Translations under genes and position numbers: made by a program
The notes under the pieces: generated by a model
The model's input: the letters and a program-made list of their open reading frames with translations, nothing else
Database searches by the model: none
What the model was told of the DNA's origin: nothing
Shown: positions 8,091 to 19,089 of the stretch, one piece after another
Numbering within the stretch: position 1 is the first letter of the stretch
Layout of the letters: every line of letters starts with the position of its first letter
Origin: an uncultured OM43 clade bacterium
GTDB lineage: Bacteria > Pseudomonadota > Gammaproteobacteria > Burkholderiales > Methylophilaceae
NCBI GenBank assembly: GCA_902558495.1
Contig: CACEEB010000001.1
Span: 5,884 to 69,883 of the forward strand
DNA length: 64,000 nt
Direction: 5' to 3'

Positions 8091-10124
8091 TTGAGTCAGT
8101 CATTTCCAAATAGCCCATATACTCTCAATAAATTGTTTGATCCTGCAGGGGATCAACCTAATGCAATTGATAGGCTCACTGAAGGGGTAAACAACGGCGA
8201 GAAGTTCCAAACATTACTTGGGGTAACTGGCTCAGGTAAAACTTATACGATTGCTAATGTTATTGCAAGAACTGGAAGACCTGCAATTGTTATGGCTCCA
8301 AATAAAACACTAGCTGCACAACTTTATTCTGAATTTAGGGAATTCTTTCCACATAATGCCGTTGAATATTTTGTTTCTTACTATGACTATTATCAACCAG
8401 AAGCCTATGTACCAGGTCGAGATGTCTTTATTGAAAAAGATTCAAGCATCAATGATCACGTTGAGCAAATGCGACTTTCCGCCACCAAAGCGCTCCTTGA
8501 AAGAGACGACTCTATTATTGTTGCTACCGTATCCGCAATATACGGGATTGGTGATCCTGTGGATTATCAGGGTATGGTGCTTTACATGCAAGTTGGTGAA
8601 AAACTTTTACAAAGAAATATCATTCTTCGCTTAATTGCTATGCAATATGAAAGAAATGATTTTGATTTTTCCAGAGGGTGTTTTAGAGTTCGTGGGGATG
8701 TAATTGATATTTTTCCTGCAGAAAATTCAGAAACTGCTATTCGTGTGACTTTATTTGATGATGTTATTGAGGGGATATCAACCTTTGATCCATTAACTGG
8801 TCAAATTTTTGATAAGGTAAAACGATTCACAGTTTACCCATCAAGCCACTACGTTACCCCACGAGAAACTGTGTTAAACGCCATGGAGAATATTAAAGAG
8901 GAATTACAACTTCGAATAAAGGAATTTACTGAACAAAAGAAATTAGTCGAAGCACAAAGAATAGAGCAAAGAACTAAATTTGATCTCGAGATGCTAAACG
9001 AAATTGGTTTTTGTAAGGGTATCGAAAATTACTCTCGTCATTTGTCAGGAAGAAAACCAGGGGAGGCACCACCAACACTTCTAGACTACTTACCCAACAA
9101 TTCCTTGATGATTATTGATGAAAGTCATGTGACAGTTCCTCAAATCGGAGGTATGTCCAAAGGGGATAGAGCCCGAAAAAATAATCTTGTAGATTATGGC
9201 TTTAGATTACCATCAGCTCATGACAATAGACCCTTGCGCTTTGAGGAGTTTGAAAATATTCTGCCCCAAACTATCTTTGTCTCTGCAACTCCGGCAGATT
9301 ATGAAGCAGATCATTCAAAGATTATTATTGAGCAAGTGGCAAGACCAACTGGTTTGATAGACCCAGAAATTTTTGTGAAACCTGCAGATTCTCAAGTTGA
9401 TGATTTGCTTGGTGAGATTAAATTATGCGTAGAGAGCAAGGAGAGAGTTTTAGCTACAACTTTAACCAAAAGAATGGCTGAGGATTTAACAGATTATTTG
9501 ATTGAGCATGGAATCAAGGTGAGGTACCTTCATTCTGAGATTGACACAGTCGAAAGGGTAGAAATTATTCGTGACTTACGTATTGGAAAATTTGACGTGG
9601 TAGTGGGTATAAATTTACTTAGAGAAGGGTTGGATATTCCAGAGGTTTCTCTTGTGGCGGTTTTAGATGCTGATAAAGAAGGTTTTTTAAGATCAGAAAG
9701 GTCATTAATCCAGACAGCAGGAAGGGCCGCGAGAAACTTAAATGGAAAGGTAATTTTTTATGGAAATACAGTCACAAGAAGTATGAAGGCGGCAATAGAT
9801 GAAACCTCTCGGAGAAGATTAAAGCAAATAGCTTTCAACAAGGAAAATAACATCACACCTGTGGGCATTAAAAAAAGAATTAAAGATATTATCGATGGCT
9901 TAGAGGATGTCGAGGAGCACAAAAGACAACAAGATGCCAAGAAGGAAAATAGAAAATATGAGGATTTTACTGAGCCACAAATCATGAAAGAGATTTCTAA
10001 GCTAGAAAAGGTTATGCATAGATATGCTAGAGACTTAGATTTTGAGAGTGCAGCAAAAACAAGAGATCAAATTAAATTTTTAAAAGAGCAGTTATACGGA
10101 CCTAATATTAAAGACCGTATATAA
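8091..10124 (+). CDS. uvrB: excinuclease ABC subunit B
   Basis: [19 protein letters not shown] and [10 protein letters not shown]; TTG start. Confidence 0.98.
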   Translation: MSQSFPNSPYTLNKLFDPAGDQPNAIDRLTEGVNNGEKFQTLLGVTGSGKTYTIANVIARTGRPAIVMAPNKTLAAQLYSEFREFFPHNAVEYFVSYYDYYQPEAYVPGRDVFIEKDSSINDHVEQMRLSATKALLERDDSIIVATVSAIYGIGDPVDYQGMVLYMQVGEKLLQRNIILRLIAMQYERNDFDFSRGCFRVRGDVIDIFPAENSETAIRVTLFDDVIEGISTFDPLTGQIFDKVKRFTVYPSSHYVTPRETVLNAMENIKEELQLRIKEFTEQKKLVEAQRIEQRTKFDLEMLNEIGFCKGIENYSRHLSGRKPGEAPPTLLDYLPNNSLMIIDESHVTVPQIGGMSKGDRARKNNLVDYGFRLPSAHDNRPLRFEEFENILPQTIFVSATPADYEADHSKIIIEQVARPTGLIDPEIFVKPADSQVDDLLGEIKLCVESKERVLATTLTKRMAEDLTDYLIEHGIKVRYLHSEIDTVERVEIIRDLRIGKFDVVVGINLLREGLDIPEVSLVAVLDADKEGFLRSERSLIQTAGRAARNLNGKVIFYGNTVTRSMKAAIDETSRRRLKQIAFNKENNITPVGIKKRIKDIIDGLEDVEEHKRQQDAKKENRKYEDFTEPQIMKEISKLEKVMHRYARDLDFESAAKTRDQIKFLKEQLYGPNIKDRI

Positions 10125-10170
10125 ATCGGTTGATTTTATTAAAAAAAATAATATAATATCGTTTCTTTAA

Positions 10171-10216
10171 ATCCTTGTCTCACAGTCTAAGCTGGAGACT
10201 ATAAACCATAAGGAGA
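10171..10216 (+). promoter_or_regulatory. rpsF leader (S6:S18-binding autoregulatory RNA)
   Basis: CCTT can pair with the SD AAGG, with an inner GTCTC/GAGAC stem and an unpaired CCA just before TAAGGAG, matching the known S6:S18 leader layout. Confidence 0.65.
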
Positions 10217-10220
10217 GTCC

Positions 10221-10646
10221 ATGAGACACTACGAAGTTGTATTTGTTGTACATCCTGATCAAAGCGAACAAGTCCCCGCGATGATTGAGCGCCTTCAGAC
10301 ATTAATCAAAAACCATAAAGGTAATGTTCATCGATTGGAAGACTGGGGAAGACGCCAGCTTGCTTATCCAATTCAAAAAATTCATAAAGCACATTATGTT
10401 CTGATGAATATTGAATGTACTCTAGAAGCATTGGCTGAGCTTGAGCATAGTTTTAAGTTTAATGATGCTGTAATAAGGCACTTGGTATTTTCCACCAAAG
10501 TTGCAGTGACTGAGGCTTCACCAATGATGAAAGAGGAAAAATCAAAGTCTTTGGTTGGTGAAAAAGCAAAAGACGATGTACCTGAGGTAGAAAAAAAAGA
10601 TACTAAAGCAAAGTCAGAGAAAAAAGATGAGGAGGCGAAAGCTTAA
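10221..10646 (+). CDS. rpsF: 30S ribosomal protein S6
   Basis: MRHYEVVF...[12 protein letters not shown]. Confidence 0.98.
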   Translation: MRHYEVVFVVHPDQSEQVPAMIERLQTLIKNHKGNVHRLEDWGRRQLAYPIQKIHKAHYVLMNIECTLEALAELEHSFKFNDAVIRHLVFSTKVAVTEASPMMKEEKSKSLVGEKAKDDVPEVEKKDTKAKSEKKDEEAKA

Positions 10647-10649
10647 ACA

Positions 10650-10934
10650 TTGAATAACTTTTCACTTGATGGTGAGATTGTTTATTTAGAAAAGATACGT
10701 TTTACGCCAGCTGGTCTGGCTGTTCTTAGTTTGCGAATTAAGCATACTTCGAGACAAAAAGAGGCATCACTGAGTAAGATAGTAAATTTAGAAATTGAAT
10801 CTGTGGTTATTGGAGAGTTAACTCAAGAGATTTTGACGGTTGGAGATAGGTATTTATTTCATGGTTTTATAGAAAAGAAATCATTAAAGTCAAATCAAAA
10901 TATTTTTCATATAACCCAAATTAAAAAAATATAG
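10650..10934 (+). CDS. priB: primosomal replication protein N
   Basis: RFTPAG motif; lies between rpsF and rpsR; TTG start. Confidence 0.88.
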   Translation: MNNFSLDGEIVYLEKIRFTPAGLAVLSLRIKHTSRQKEASLSKIVNLEIESVVIGELTQEILTVGDRYLFHGFIEKKSLKSNQNIFHITQIKKI

Positions 10935-10943
10935 GAGTTTGTT

Positions 10944-11171
10944 ATGGCAAGAGAAATGTACAAAAGAAGAAGGTATTGCAGATTTTCAGCAGAGGGTATT
11001 AAGGAGGTTGACTACAAAGATGTGGATCTACTTAAAGATTTTATTACGGAAAATGGTAAGTTAATTCCTGCCAGAATTACTGGAACTAAATCAAAATACC
11101 AAAGACAATTGGGTACTGCAGTTAAACGTGCAAGATTTTTAGCACTGCTACCGTATACTGATAAACATTAA
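10944..11171 (+). CDS. rpsR: 30S ribosomal protein S18
   Basis: DYKD...[11 protein letters not shown]...[11 protein letters not shown]. Confidence 0.98.
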   Translation: MAREMYKRRRYCRFSAEGIKEVDYKDVDLLKDFITENGKLIPARITGTKSKYQRQLGTAVKRARFLALLPYTDKH

Positions 11172-11183
11172 GGGTAATTAATC

Positions 11184-11639
11184 ATGCAAATTATTTTACT
11201 AGAAAAAATTACTAATCTAGGTGAGCTAGGTGATGTGGTAAATGTTAAAGATGGTTTTGGCCGTAATTATCTGATACCGCAAGGTAAAGCTAAAAGAGCC
11301 ACAGATGCAAATAAGGCTGAGTTTGAGACTAAAAGGGCTGAGTTAGAAAAAGCACAAGCCACTATGCTTAAAGCAGCAGAAAAAAGAGCTAAAGATGTAG
11401 ATGGCACAAAAGTTGAGTCAAAACAAAAGGCAGGTATTGACGGTAAGCTTTTTGGCTCCGTAAGTAATATCGACATCGCTGAGTTATTAGTGGCCGCTGG
11501 GCATAAAATAGAAAAATCTGAAATACGTATGCCAGAGGGCCCAATTAAAAATGTTGGGGAATTTGAAATCACACTGGCATTCACTCAGGATGTAACTGCA
11601 AATATTATGGTATCTGTTGTTGCTGATGAAACTGAATAA
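11184..11639 (+). CDS. rplI: 50S ribosomal protein L9
   Basis: LGELGDVVNVKDGFGRNYLIPQG and GKLFGSV. Confidence 0.98.
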   Translation: MQIILLEKITNLGELGDVVNVKDGFGRNYLIPQGKAKRATDANKAEFETKRAELEKAQATMLKAAEKRAKDVDGTKVESKQKAGIDGKLFGSVSNIDIAELLVAAGHKIEKSEIRMPEGPIKNVGEFEITLAFTQDVTANIMVSVVADETE

Positions 11640-11657
11640 ATTAATTTAATTTTTTTT

Positions 11658-11684
11658 GGCTGCCAATAGGGCAGCCTTTTTTTT
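11658..11684 (+). terminator. intrinsic terminator after rplI
   Basis: GGCTGCC...GGCAGCC stem followed by T8. Confidence 0.88.
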
Positions 11685-11702
11685 ATTCGTTATAATCATA
11701 GA

Positions 11703-13082
11703 ATGGCTGATGATCAAATTGAAAATCTAAAATTACCTCCCCATTCCGTTGAGGCTGAGCAATCATTGCTTGGAGGGCTTTTAATTGACAATGAGGCGCT
11801 CGATAAAATTACTGATATTGTGACCGTTATAGACTTTTATCGCCATGACCACCAATTAATTTTTCAGCACATCATAAAAGTTATTGATGCTAATCAGCCA
11901 GCAGATATTGTCACTGTGGGCGAGTCCCTTGAGAAGAATGCTGAATTAGCTGGAGTCGGTGGGTTGGCTTACCTTGGTCTTTTATCAGAGAATACTCCTA
12001 CATCAGCGAATATCAAAGGTTATGCCACTATTGTACGAGAGCGCTCCATTATGCGAAGCCTTGTGCAAGTAGGGTCGGATATAGCAGAAAATGCTTATGC
12101 ACCGCAAGGTCGAGATGCGCAAGAACTTTTAGATGAATCGGAAGCAAAAATTTTCAAAATTGCAGAATCTGGCAAGCGAGAAAATATTGGTTTTGAGGAT
12201 ATACAGCATTTGCTTCCACGCGTAATTGAGGATGTGGAGGAAAGAATGGAAAATGGAAGCGACATCATTGGAGTTGCTTCAGGTTTCACGGACTTAGATA
12301 AGATGACATCTGGCCTCCAACCGGGTGATCTTATTATTATTGCTGGAAGACCATCCATGGGAAAAACTTCTCTTGCTCTAAATATCGCAGAAAATGTAGC
12401 AATTGACAAAAAATTACCTGTTGCAGTATTTTCAATGGAGATGGCATCTTCTCAGCTAACAACTAGACTTATCGGCTCTGTGGGTAAGGTTGATCAACAT
12501 AAAATGAGAACTGGACAGTTGGATGATGATGATTGGGAAAAATTAACGGATGCATTAGGTCAGCTTAACGAGGCACCTATTCACATTGACGAAGGGTCAG
12601 CACTCAACTCTTATGAAGTTAGAGCAAGAGCAAGAAGATTACAAAGGCAAACAGGCCAGTTGGGATTGATCGTTATAGATTATATTCAGCTCATGGCTGC
12701 ACCAAGTGGCAAGCAAGGGGAGAACAGAGCCACTGAAATATCAGAAATATCTCGATCCCTGAAGGCTTTAGCGAAGGAGTTAAATGCTCCTGTAGTAGTA
12801 TTATCTCAACTTAATCGAAGCTTGGAACAACGACCAGATAAAAGACCGGTAATGTCAGATCTTAGGGAATCAGGTGCAATTGAACAAGATGCAGATGTTA
12901 TCTTATTTATATATCGTGACGAAGTTTATAATCCCGAATCTGCAGATAAAGGGTTGGCTGAAATAATAGTTGCTAAACAGAGAAATGGGCCAATTGGAAG
13001 AGTAAAATTAACTTTCTTGGGACAATATACACGTTTCGAAAACTATGCAGGGCTAAATTATGATGTTGGTCTTGAGGAATGA
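11703..13082 (+). CDS. dnaB: replicative DNA helicase
   Basis: PPHSVEAEQ, GRPSMGKT and SDLRESGAIEQDAD; no intein. Confidence 0.98.
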   Translation: MADDQIENLKLPPHSVEAEQSLLGGLLIDNEALDKITDIVTVIDFYRHDHQLIFQHIIKVIDANQPADIVTVGESLEKNAELAGVGGLAYLGLLSENTPTSANIKGYATIVRERSIMRSLVQVGSDIAENAYAPQGRDAQELLDESEAKIFKIAESGKRENIGFEDIQHLLPRVIEDVEERMENGSDIIGVASGFTDLDKMTSGLQPGDLIIIAGRPSMGKTSLALNIAENVAIDKKLPVAVFSMEMASSQLTTRLIGSVGKVDQHKMRTGQLDDDDWEKLTDALGQLNEAPIHIDEGSALNSYEVRARARRLQRQTGQLGLIVIDYIQLMAAPSGKQGENRATEISEISRSLKALAKELNAPVVVLSQLNRSLEQRPDKRPVMSDLRESGAIEQDADVILFIYRDEVYNPESADKGLAEIIVAKQRNGPIGRVKLTFLGQYTRFENYAGLNYDVGLEE

Positions 13083-14146
13083 GAGCACTAAAAGCTACTT
13101 TTAATACCAAGGCATTTATTGGTAATTTTAATCGGGTTCGTTCCATAGCCCCAAACAGTAAAATTATGGCAGTATTAAAGGCAAATGCTTATGGGCATGG
13201 TCTTATAGAGGCCGCTCGTGCTTTATCATCTGCCGACGGATTTGCTGTATTATCTGTATCTGAGGCAATTGAATTAAGAGAATATGGATTTGATCAGTAT
13301 TTGCTATTGCTTGAAGGTTTTTTTAGTGCCTACGAAGTCAAAGTATGCAGTCAAATGAATATTAGTGCCGTAATTCACAACACTCAACAAATTGATTTTA
13401 TTAATCAAGTTAAACCTAAAAATCCAATCAATATTCATTTAAAAATTAACACTGGGATGAATAGGCTAGGATTTCCGCCATCCAAAGTAAAAAGCTTAAT
13501 ACAATCTTTAGAAACGAGTCCCTATATTGGAAATATTATTTTAATGACACATTTTGCTAATGCGGATGAAGCTATTGGCGTTCGAGATCAATTGGCATTG
13601 TTTAATAAGGTAGTAGATGATAGTTTCGATAGGTCGGTTGCAAATTCAGCAGCTATAATTAGATACCCTGAAACGCATATGGAATGGGTAAGGCCAGGTA
13701 TCATGTTATATGGAGCTAGCCCTTTTGAAGATCAGTCTAGTAAGGATATTGGCCTTCAGCCTGTGATGTCTTTGCATAGTAATATTATTGCTGTACAGAA
13801 TTTAGACAAAGGCCAGTCGGTAGGTTATGGGTCTACATTTGTTGCCACGAACAAAACGAGGGTTGGTATTGTTGCTTGTGGGTATGCGGATGGATATCCT
13901 CGACATGCCCCATCTGGTACCCCGATTATGGTAGCTGGAAAAATATCACGAACCCTGGGAAGAGTTTCAATGGACATGCTCTATGTTGATTTAACTGATA
14001 TACCATCAGCAGATATTCATAGTGAGGTTGAGCTTTGGGGGGAAAATATTTCGGTTGATGAAGTAGCCAAAGAAGCAAAAACAGTGGGTTATGAATTACT
14101 CTGTGCAATTTCTTCCTCTATCCGAGTACCTATGGAGTATGCCTGA
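13079..14146 (+). CDS. alr: alanine racemase
   Basis: AVLKANAYGHG, GYADGYPR and GRVSMDM. Confidence 0.96.
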   Translation: MRALKATFNTKAFIGNFNRVRSIAPNSKIMAVLKANAYGHGLIEAARALSSADGFAVLSVSEAIELREYGFDQYLLLLEGFFSAYEVKVCSQMNISAVIHNTQQIDFINQVKPKNPINIHLKINTGMNRLGFPPSKVKSLIQSLETSPYIGNIILMTHFANADEAIGVRDQLALFNKVVDDSFDRSVANSAAIIRYPETHMEWVRPGIMLYGASPFEDQSSKDIGLQPVMSLHSNIIAVQNLDKGQSVGYGSTFVATNKTRVGIVACGYADGYPRHAPSGTPIMVAGKISRTLGRVSMDMLYVDLTDIPSADIHSEVELWGENISVDEVAKEAKTVGYELLCAISSSIRVPMEYA

Positions 14147-15513
14147 TGGCTAAAAATAAAATAGCATACATTTGTACTGAGTGCGGCGGTCAATCTACTA
14201 AATGGCAAGGTCAATGCCCTCATTGTTTTGCTTGGAATACTTTAGTAGAAGAGGTTATTGAGGGAAAAACTAATAATAGATTTTCATCGCTTACGCAGTC
14301 ATCAAGCATACAAAAGCTCAGTGAGGTAGAAACGTCGGAGGTGCATAAAAGAAATACAGGCATCAGTGAGTTTGATAGGGTTCTAGGTGGAGGATTTGTT
14401 CTTGGTGGAGTCATTTTACTCGGTGGTGATCCTGGTATTGGAAAATCAACCATACTCATTCAGGCTTTATCTAAAATTACTTTACAGCCATCCACTCCTT
14501 GTAATGTTATTTATGTCAGTGGTGAGGAGTCCTCACAGCAAATTGCCATGCGAGCAAAACGTTTGGAATTGGAGGTATCCGATATTTCAATGTTGTCTGA
14601 GATCAACTTAGAGAAAATAATTAAAAATATTGATAAACACAAGCCTGAGGTAGTAGTTATTGACTCTATTCAGACGATTTACTCGGAGGAGCTTACTTCT
14701 GCACCAGGGTCAGTCACGCAAGTTCGAGAATGTGCCGCACAACTGACTCGAGTAGCTAAACAAAATGCTATCACTATGATCTTAGTGGGACATGTTACCA
14801 AGGAAGGAACGCTGGCTGGCCCAAGGGTTCTAGAGCATATTGTTGATACGGTACTTTATTTTGAGGGAGATACCAATTCTAGTTTCAGAATGATACGCGC
14901 TGCTAAAAATAGATTTGGTGCCGTCAATGAGCTGGGTGTATTTGCAATGACAGAGAAAGGTTTGAAAGAAGTTACTAACCCCTCAGCCCTTTTTTTATCG
15001 CATCATCAAGATCTAGTAAACGGGGCATGCATAACAGTCACGCAGGAGGGAACCAGACCATTACTTATTGAAATTCAAGCATTAGTCGATAATACACAAG
15101 CTCACTCACCAAAAAGACTTTCGGTAGGTTTAGAGAACAACAGATTAGCTATGTTACTCGCAGCATTACATAAACATGCAGGTATTGCATGCAACGATCA
15201 GGATGTTTTTGTTAATGCAGTAGGTGGCGTTAAGATATCTGAGCCTGGTGTAGATTTAGCTATTCTTTGTGCCGTGGTCTCTTCATTCAGAAATAAATCC
15301 ATAGATCAGAAAACCGTAATTTTTGGGGAGATCGGACTAGCTGGCGAGGTAAGACCAGTGCAAAGAGGTCAGGAACGGATAAAGGAGGCAGCAAAGCTAG
15401 GTTTTACTAAGGCAATTATTCCAAAAGCCAATCAAGCTAAACAAAAAATTAATGGTATTAAAATATATCCAGTAAACACCTTGATGGAAGCAATTAAACT
15501 AATCACCCATTAA
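14146..15513 (+). CDS. radA: DNA repair protein RadA/Sms
   Basis: C4 zinc finger, GGDPGIGKST and KNRFG. Confidence 0.97.
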   Translation: MAKNKIAYICTECGGQSTKWQGQCPHCFAWNTLVEEVIEGKTNNRFSSLTQSSSIQKLSEVETSEVHKRNTGISEFDRVLGGGFVLGGVILLGGDPGIGKSTILIQALSKITLQPSTPCNVIYVSGEESSQQIAMRAKRLELEVSDISMLSEINLEKIIKNIDKHKPEVVVIDSIQTIYSEELTSAPGSVTQVRECAAQLTRVAKQNAITMILVGHVTKEGTLAGPRVLEHIVDTVLYFEGDTNSSFRMIRAAKNRFGAVNELGVFAMTEKGLKEVTNPSALFLSHHQDLVNGACITVTQEGTRPLLIEIQALVDNTQAHSPKRLSVGLENNRLAMLLAALHKHAGIACNDQDVFVNAVGGVKISEPGVDLAILCAVVSSFRNKSIDQKTVIFGEIGLAGEVRPVQRGQERIKEAAKLGFTKAIIPKANQAKQKINGIKIYPVNTLMEAIKLITH

Positions 15514-16358
15514 TAAATCCATGTCTTTCCAAGAGAGGTTGTGATGGCAATCATCAATTTTTTATAAGTTGATAATGACACCCTATTATCAAGAGTATTC
15601 CCAGTATTACCTTTCATTATTTTCTGCAGTAAAATAAAATAAATATTTCCCATTATTAAACCGGGTTTTTGCATCTCTTTATCCTCATCAGGCAGATGGT
15701 TGATAGCAGATTGGTAATAGTTTTTTGCAAGCTTACTGAGCTCATCCACTAATAAAGCTATTTGTTTGTTATTTTGGTTTTGCAATATATCATTTTCAGA
15801 TATGTTGTATTTATCTAGCAGTTCTAATGGGATATAAATTCTCCCTCGCTCACTATCCTCGGCTATATCGCGAATGATATTAGTTATCTGTAAAGCTAAA
15901 CCGAGGTCATGTGCATACTTTAATGTAGATTTGTTGGTATACCCAAAAATATGAGCAGATAATAGACCCACTGCGGATGCAGCTCGATAGCAATAAATCT
16001 TGAGCTTTTTTAAATCATTATAACGGTTGCAATTTAGATCCATTTCCATGCCATCAATAATTTCGATAAAGTGTTTTTTGTCTAATTTACAAGGGGTGAT
16101 ATGGGGTGATAATGCAACAGATACTGGATGTTTAGGAGCTTGATCAAACAATCGATCGATTTCTAAACGCCACTCATCAAGCTTATTTTTTCCAACAGTT
16201 TTCTCTTTGCAGTTATCCACAATATCATCGACCTCCCTGCAAAATGCATATAACGCTGTCAGTGCAAGTCGTTTTTTCTTGCTCAGGAAGAAAAAGGCTA
16301 ATGCAAAGTTTGAATGACTAGCCTTGGTCTTTTGTTGGCAATATTGATCAGGGGTCAT
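15510..16358 (-). CDS. hpnD: presqualene diphosphate synthase (squalene/phytoene synthase family)
   Basis: MTPDQYCQQK, LYAFCREVDDIVD and LQITNIIRDIAED; follows hpnC. Confidence 0.85.
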   Translation of the reverse strand: MTPDQYCQQKTKASHSNFALAFFFLSKKKRLALTALYAFCREVDDIVDNCKEKTVGKNKLDEWRLEIDRLFDQAPKHPVSVALSPHITPCKLDKKHFIEIIDGMEMDLNCNRYNDLKKLKIYCYRAASAVGLLSAHIFGYTNKSTLKYAHDLGLALQITNIIRDIAEDSERGRIYIPLELLDKYNISENDILQNQNNKQIALLVDELSKLAKNYYQSAINHLPDEDKEMQKPGLIMGNIYFILLQKIMKGNTGNTLDNRVSLSTYKKLMIAITTSLGKTWIY

Positions 16359-17200
16359 ATAGATATTAACGCGCGTAAAAATTGAAAACCCCAGTCTAAT
16401 TTGGATAACTTGGGAGCATGGGAGAATAAATTTTTATTACTTATACGCATTCTTTTTACTAATAAATTACTGGCATAAATTAGCACCCTTATTTGCAGCT
16501 TTAATCTCCCTGTTAATTGAGTTTCTAGCAGTTTGCCTTGTTGCATATGATTATCTATTCTTACTAACCATCCCTCTTTAAATTTCTGCCAATTTTCCGT
16601 AAATTCCTTTTTTGCAATGTCTTGCTCAGTCAAATTGAATTGTGTGAAGTCATCTTGTGGGATATAAACACGATTTTTAAGATAATCTTCATGCATATCT
16701 TGTAACATGCCAATCATAGCCAAAGCAACGCATAGGTGATTGGAGTAGGTAATATTTTTTGGATGATTTTGGTTAAATAAGGTAAGAATCATTTCTCCTG
16801 CAGGGCAGGCTGCTTTATGGCAGTAATCTTCTACTTCATCCATATTTGCATAGCGATTTTTATGCACATCTTGGGTAAATGCTTTCATAAGACGGACTAA
16901 TAAGTCGGAATTGACATTAAACTCAGTACATACTTTTTGGATGTCGATAAAGAGCGGCATTGAAGGGGTAGTAGAATTTTTAATATGTTCAATATCATCC
17001 ATATATGGTTGTAATTGGGTCATACGCTCTTTAGCATCAGACATCCCTTCATCAGCAATATCATCACACTCTCTGGCATATTTATAAAGAATCACTGCAG
17101 CATTACGCTGCTTTTTTGGGAGCAATAAGGAGGCTACTGGAAAATTTTCGTAATGCCTTTTGATATTGCGAGCTTCATTTAACGTTATATAATGTGGCAT
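16355..17200 (-). CDS. hpnC: hydroxysqualene synthase
   Basis: Diagnostic HYENFPVASLLLP and DDIADEG. Confidence 0.85.
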   Translation of the reverse strand: MPHYITLNEARNIKRHYENFPVASLLLPKKQRNAAVILYKYARECDDIADEGMSDAKERMTQLQPYMDDIEHIKNSTTPSMPLFIDIQKVCTEFNVNSDLLVRLMKAFTQDVHKNRYANMDEVEDYCHKAACPAGEMILTLFNQNHPKNITYSNHLCVALAMIGMLQDMHEDYLKNRVYIPQDDFTQFNLTEQDIAKKEFTENWQKFKEGWLVRIDNHMQQGKLLETQLTGRLKLQIRVLIYASNLLVKRMRISNKNLFSHAPKLSKLDWGFQFLRALISI

Positions 17201-17250
17201 ATTAAAAGTATGCCATATGAAAGTTACAATTTTAATTTAACGGGAAAATT

Positions 17251-17997
17251 ATGCTTGGAATAATTGGTGGCACTGGCCTCAATAAAATTAAGAATTTGGT
17301 GGTCGATTCTGAAGAAAAAATTGATACTCCTTTCGGAGCAATGTCTGCACCCGTATCTATTTGTGATGTAGCCGGAAAAAAAATAGCTTTTTTACCGAGG
17401 CATGGCACAGACCATGCTATACCGCCGCACAAAATCAATTACCGAGCCAATCTTTGGGGACTTCATCATTTAGCGGTCCAAGATATTATTTCCATTGCAA
17501 CCGTCGGTGCTATAAAGCAGGATATTACAGCAGGTATGATGGTATTGCCTGACCAAATTATTGACTATACCTACGGTCGTGAACATACCTTTTTTGATGG
17601 GGTTAATGATGCATTAGAACATATTGATTTTACTTATCCCTTTGATACAACCTTACGAAAAAACTTGCTGAATGTGACTGATAATCTTCCTATTTCATTA
17701 GTATCTACTGGAGTTTATGCTGCAGTACAAGGTCCACGACTAGAGACAGCGGCCGAGATTGACCGTTATGAAAAAGATGGTGCCACCATTGTCGGCATGA
17801 CTTGTATGCCAGAGGCAGCGTTAGCCAGGGAATTAAAGATTGCCTATATGGCACTTTGCCCTGTAGCCAACAAAGCGGCGGGAAGAGGAAGTAGTAGTGA
17901 TGGTATATCCCATCAAGAAATCACTCAACAATCTAAAGGAATGATGGACGATGTAATTCAAATGATTACATCCTTTGTCGAGCATTATGGCAACTAG
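17251..17997 (+). CDS. mtnP: S-methyl-5'-thioinosine/thioadenosine phosphorylase
   Basis: GIIGGTG, PRHG...[19 protein letters not shown] and VGMT. Confidence 0.85.
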   Translation: MLGIIGGTGLNKIKNLVVDSEEKIDTPFGAMSAPVSICDVAGKKIAFLPRHGTDHAIPPHKINYRANLWGLHHLAVQDIISIATVGAIKQDITAGMMVLPDQIIDYTYGREHTFFDGVNDALEHIDFTYPFDTTLRKNLLNVTDNLPISLVSTGVYAAVQGPRLETAAEIDRYEKDGATIVGMTCMPEAALARELKIAYMALCPVANKAAGRGSSSDGISHQEITQQSKGMMDDVIQMITSFVEHYGN

Positions 17998-18502
17998 AGA
18001 AATTTTAAAAATGGGGCACCCAACCCTACTTGAAATCGCTAAGCCGGTAGAAAAATTTAATACATCCGAGCTCGATTCTATTATCGAAGATATGATTGAT
18101 ACTATGAAGGAAAATGACGGCGCAGGCTTAGCAGCGCCACAGATAGGTTTAGGTATGCAATTAGTCATCTTTGGTTTTGATTCCAATGAAAGATACCCAG
18201 AGGCAGACCAGGTTCCTTTTACGGTGCTCATTAACCCTGTAATTACCCCTATTGGTGACGAAGAAGAGGATGGATGGGAGGGTTGTTTATCTGTGCCTGG
18301 ACTTATGGGGGTAGTCCCAAGATTTAAAAAAATTCGCTATCAAGGTAAGGATCAGCATGGTAATGAGATTGATAGGGAGGTTGATGGCTTTCATGCTAGG
18401 GTGGTGCAACACGAATGTGACCACCTGATAGGAAAACTTTATCCGATGAGAATTCGTGACTTTTCCCAGTTCGGATATCTCGATACCTTAACAAAGGAAT
18501 AA
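17987..18502 (+). CDS. def: peptide deformylase
   Basis: [15 protein letters not shown] and QHECDHL; likely start ATG 17987. Confidence 0.95.
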   Translation: MATREILKMGHPTLLEIAKPVEKFNTSELDSIIEDMIDTMKENDGAGLAAPQIGLGMQLVIFGFDSNERYPEADQVPFTVLINPVITPIGDEEEDGWEGCLSVPGLMGVVPRFKKIRYQGKDQHGNEIDREVDGFHARVVQHECDHLIGKLYPMRIRDFSQFGYLDTLTKE

Positions 18503-18541
18503 CTTCAAGATTTTTCCAGCCTATGATAAAATTTCGCCTTC

Positions 18542-18631
18542 GGAAGAGTGGCAGAGTGGTTTAATGCACCGGTCTTGAAAACCGACGTGGGTTCGCGCCC
18601 ACCGTGAGTTCGAATCTCACCTCTTCCGCCA
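18542..18631 (+). tRNA. tRNA-Ser (TGA)
   Basis: GGAAGAGTGGCAGAGTGG...CT-TGA-AA, long variable arm, GTTCGAATC and CCA end; 90 nt. Confidence 0.97.
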
Positions 18632-18672
18632 ATTAAACTTCATAAAAATCAATATTTAAGTAGAATGAGTGT

Positions 18673-19086
18673 ATGAAAACTACTCTCTTTTTAATAATTT
18701 TATTATTTTCTATTAATGGATTTGCTATCAATTGGAAGAAGCTTAGTGAAAACAAAAGCGGAAGTTCCTTTTATGTTGATGTTGAAAACATAAAAAAACA
18801 TAACGGATTTGTTTATTATTGGATTCTAATCGATTATCTTAAATCAACTAAAATTGGCACCTATTCAGATATTAGCCAATACAAAGTTAATTGTGTGGAT
18901 GAAAAACAAACTTGGTTAAGTAATACTTTTTACAGTCAACCAATGGCCAAGGGAAAAATAATCACAGAGAATATTCCAGTTTGGAACTATTACGGTTCCA
19001 CGTTAAATGAAATTAGAAATTTAACTCCAGGTTCACTTGAACATAATATATTGAAAGAAGTATGTCATTTTGAAAGTATTAAATAA
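18673..19086 (+). CDS. secreted protein resembling the surface-adhesin E family
   Basis: Signal peptide; pattern W...FYVD..I...G.VYYW.L.D...NC...FYSQPM.KG...VC. Confidence 0.6.
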   Translation: MKTTLFLIILLFSINGFAINWKKLSENKSGSSFYVDVENIKKHNGFVYYWILIDYLKSTKIGTYSDISQYKVNCVDEKQTWLSNTFYSQPMAKGKIITENIPVWNYYGSTLNEIRNLTPGSLEHNILKEVCHFESIK

Positions 19087-19089
19087 TAG

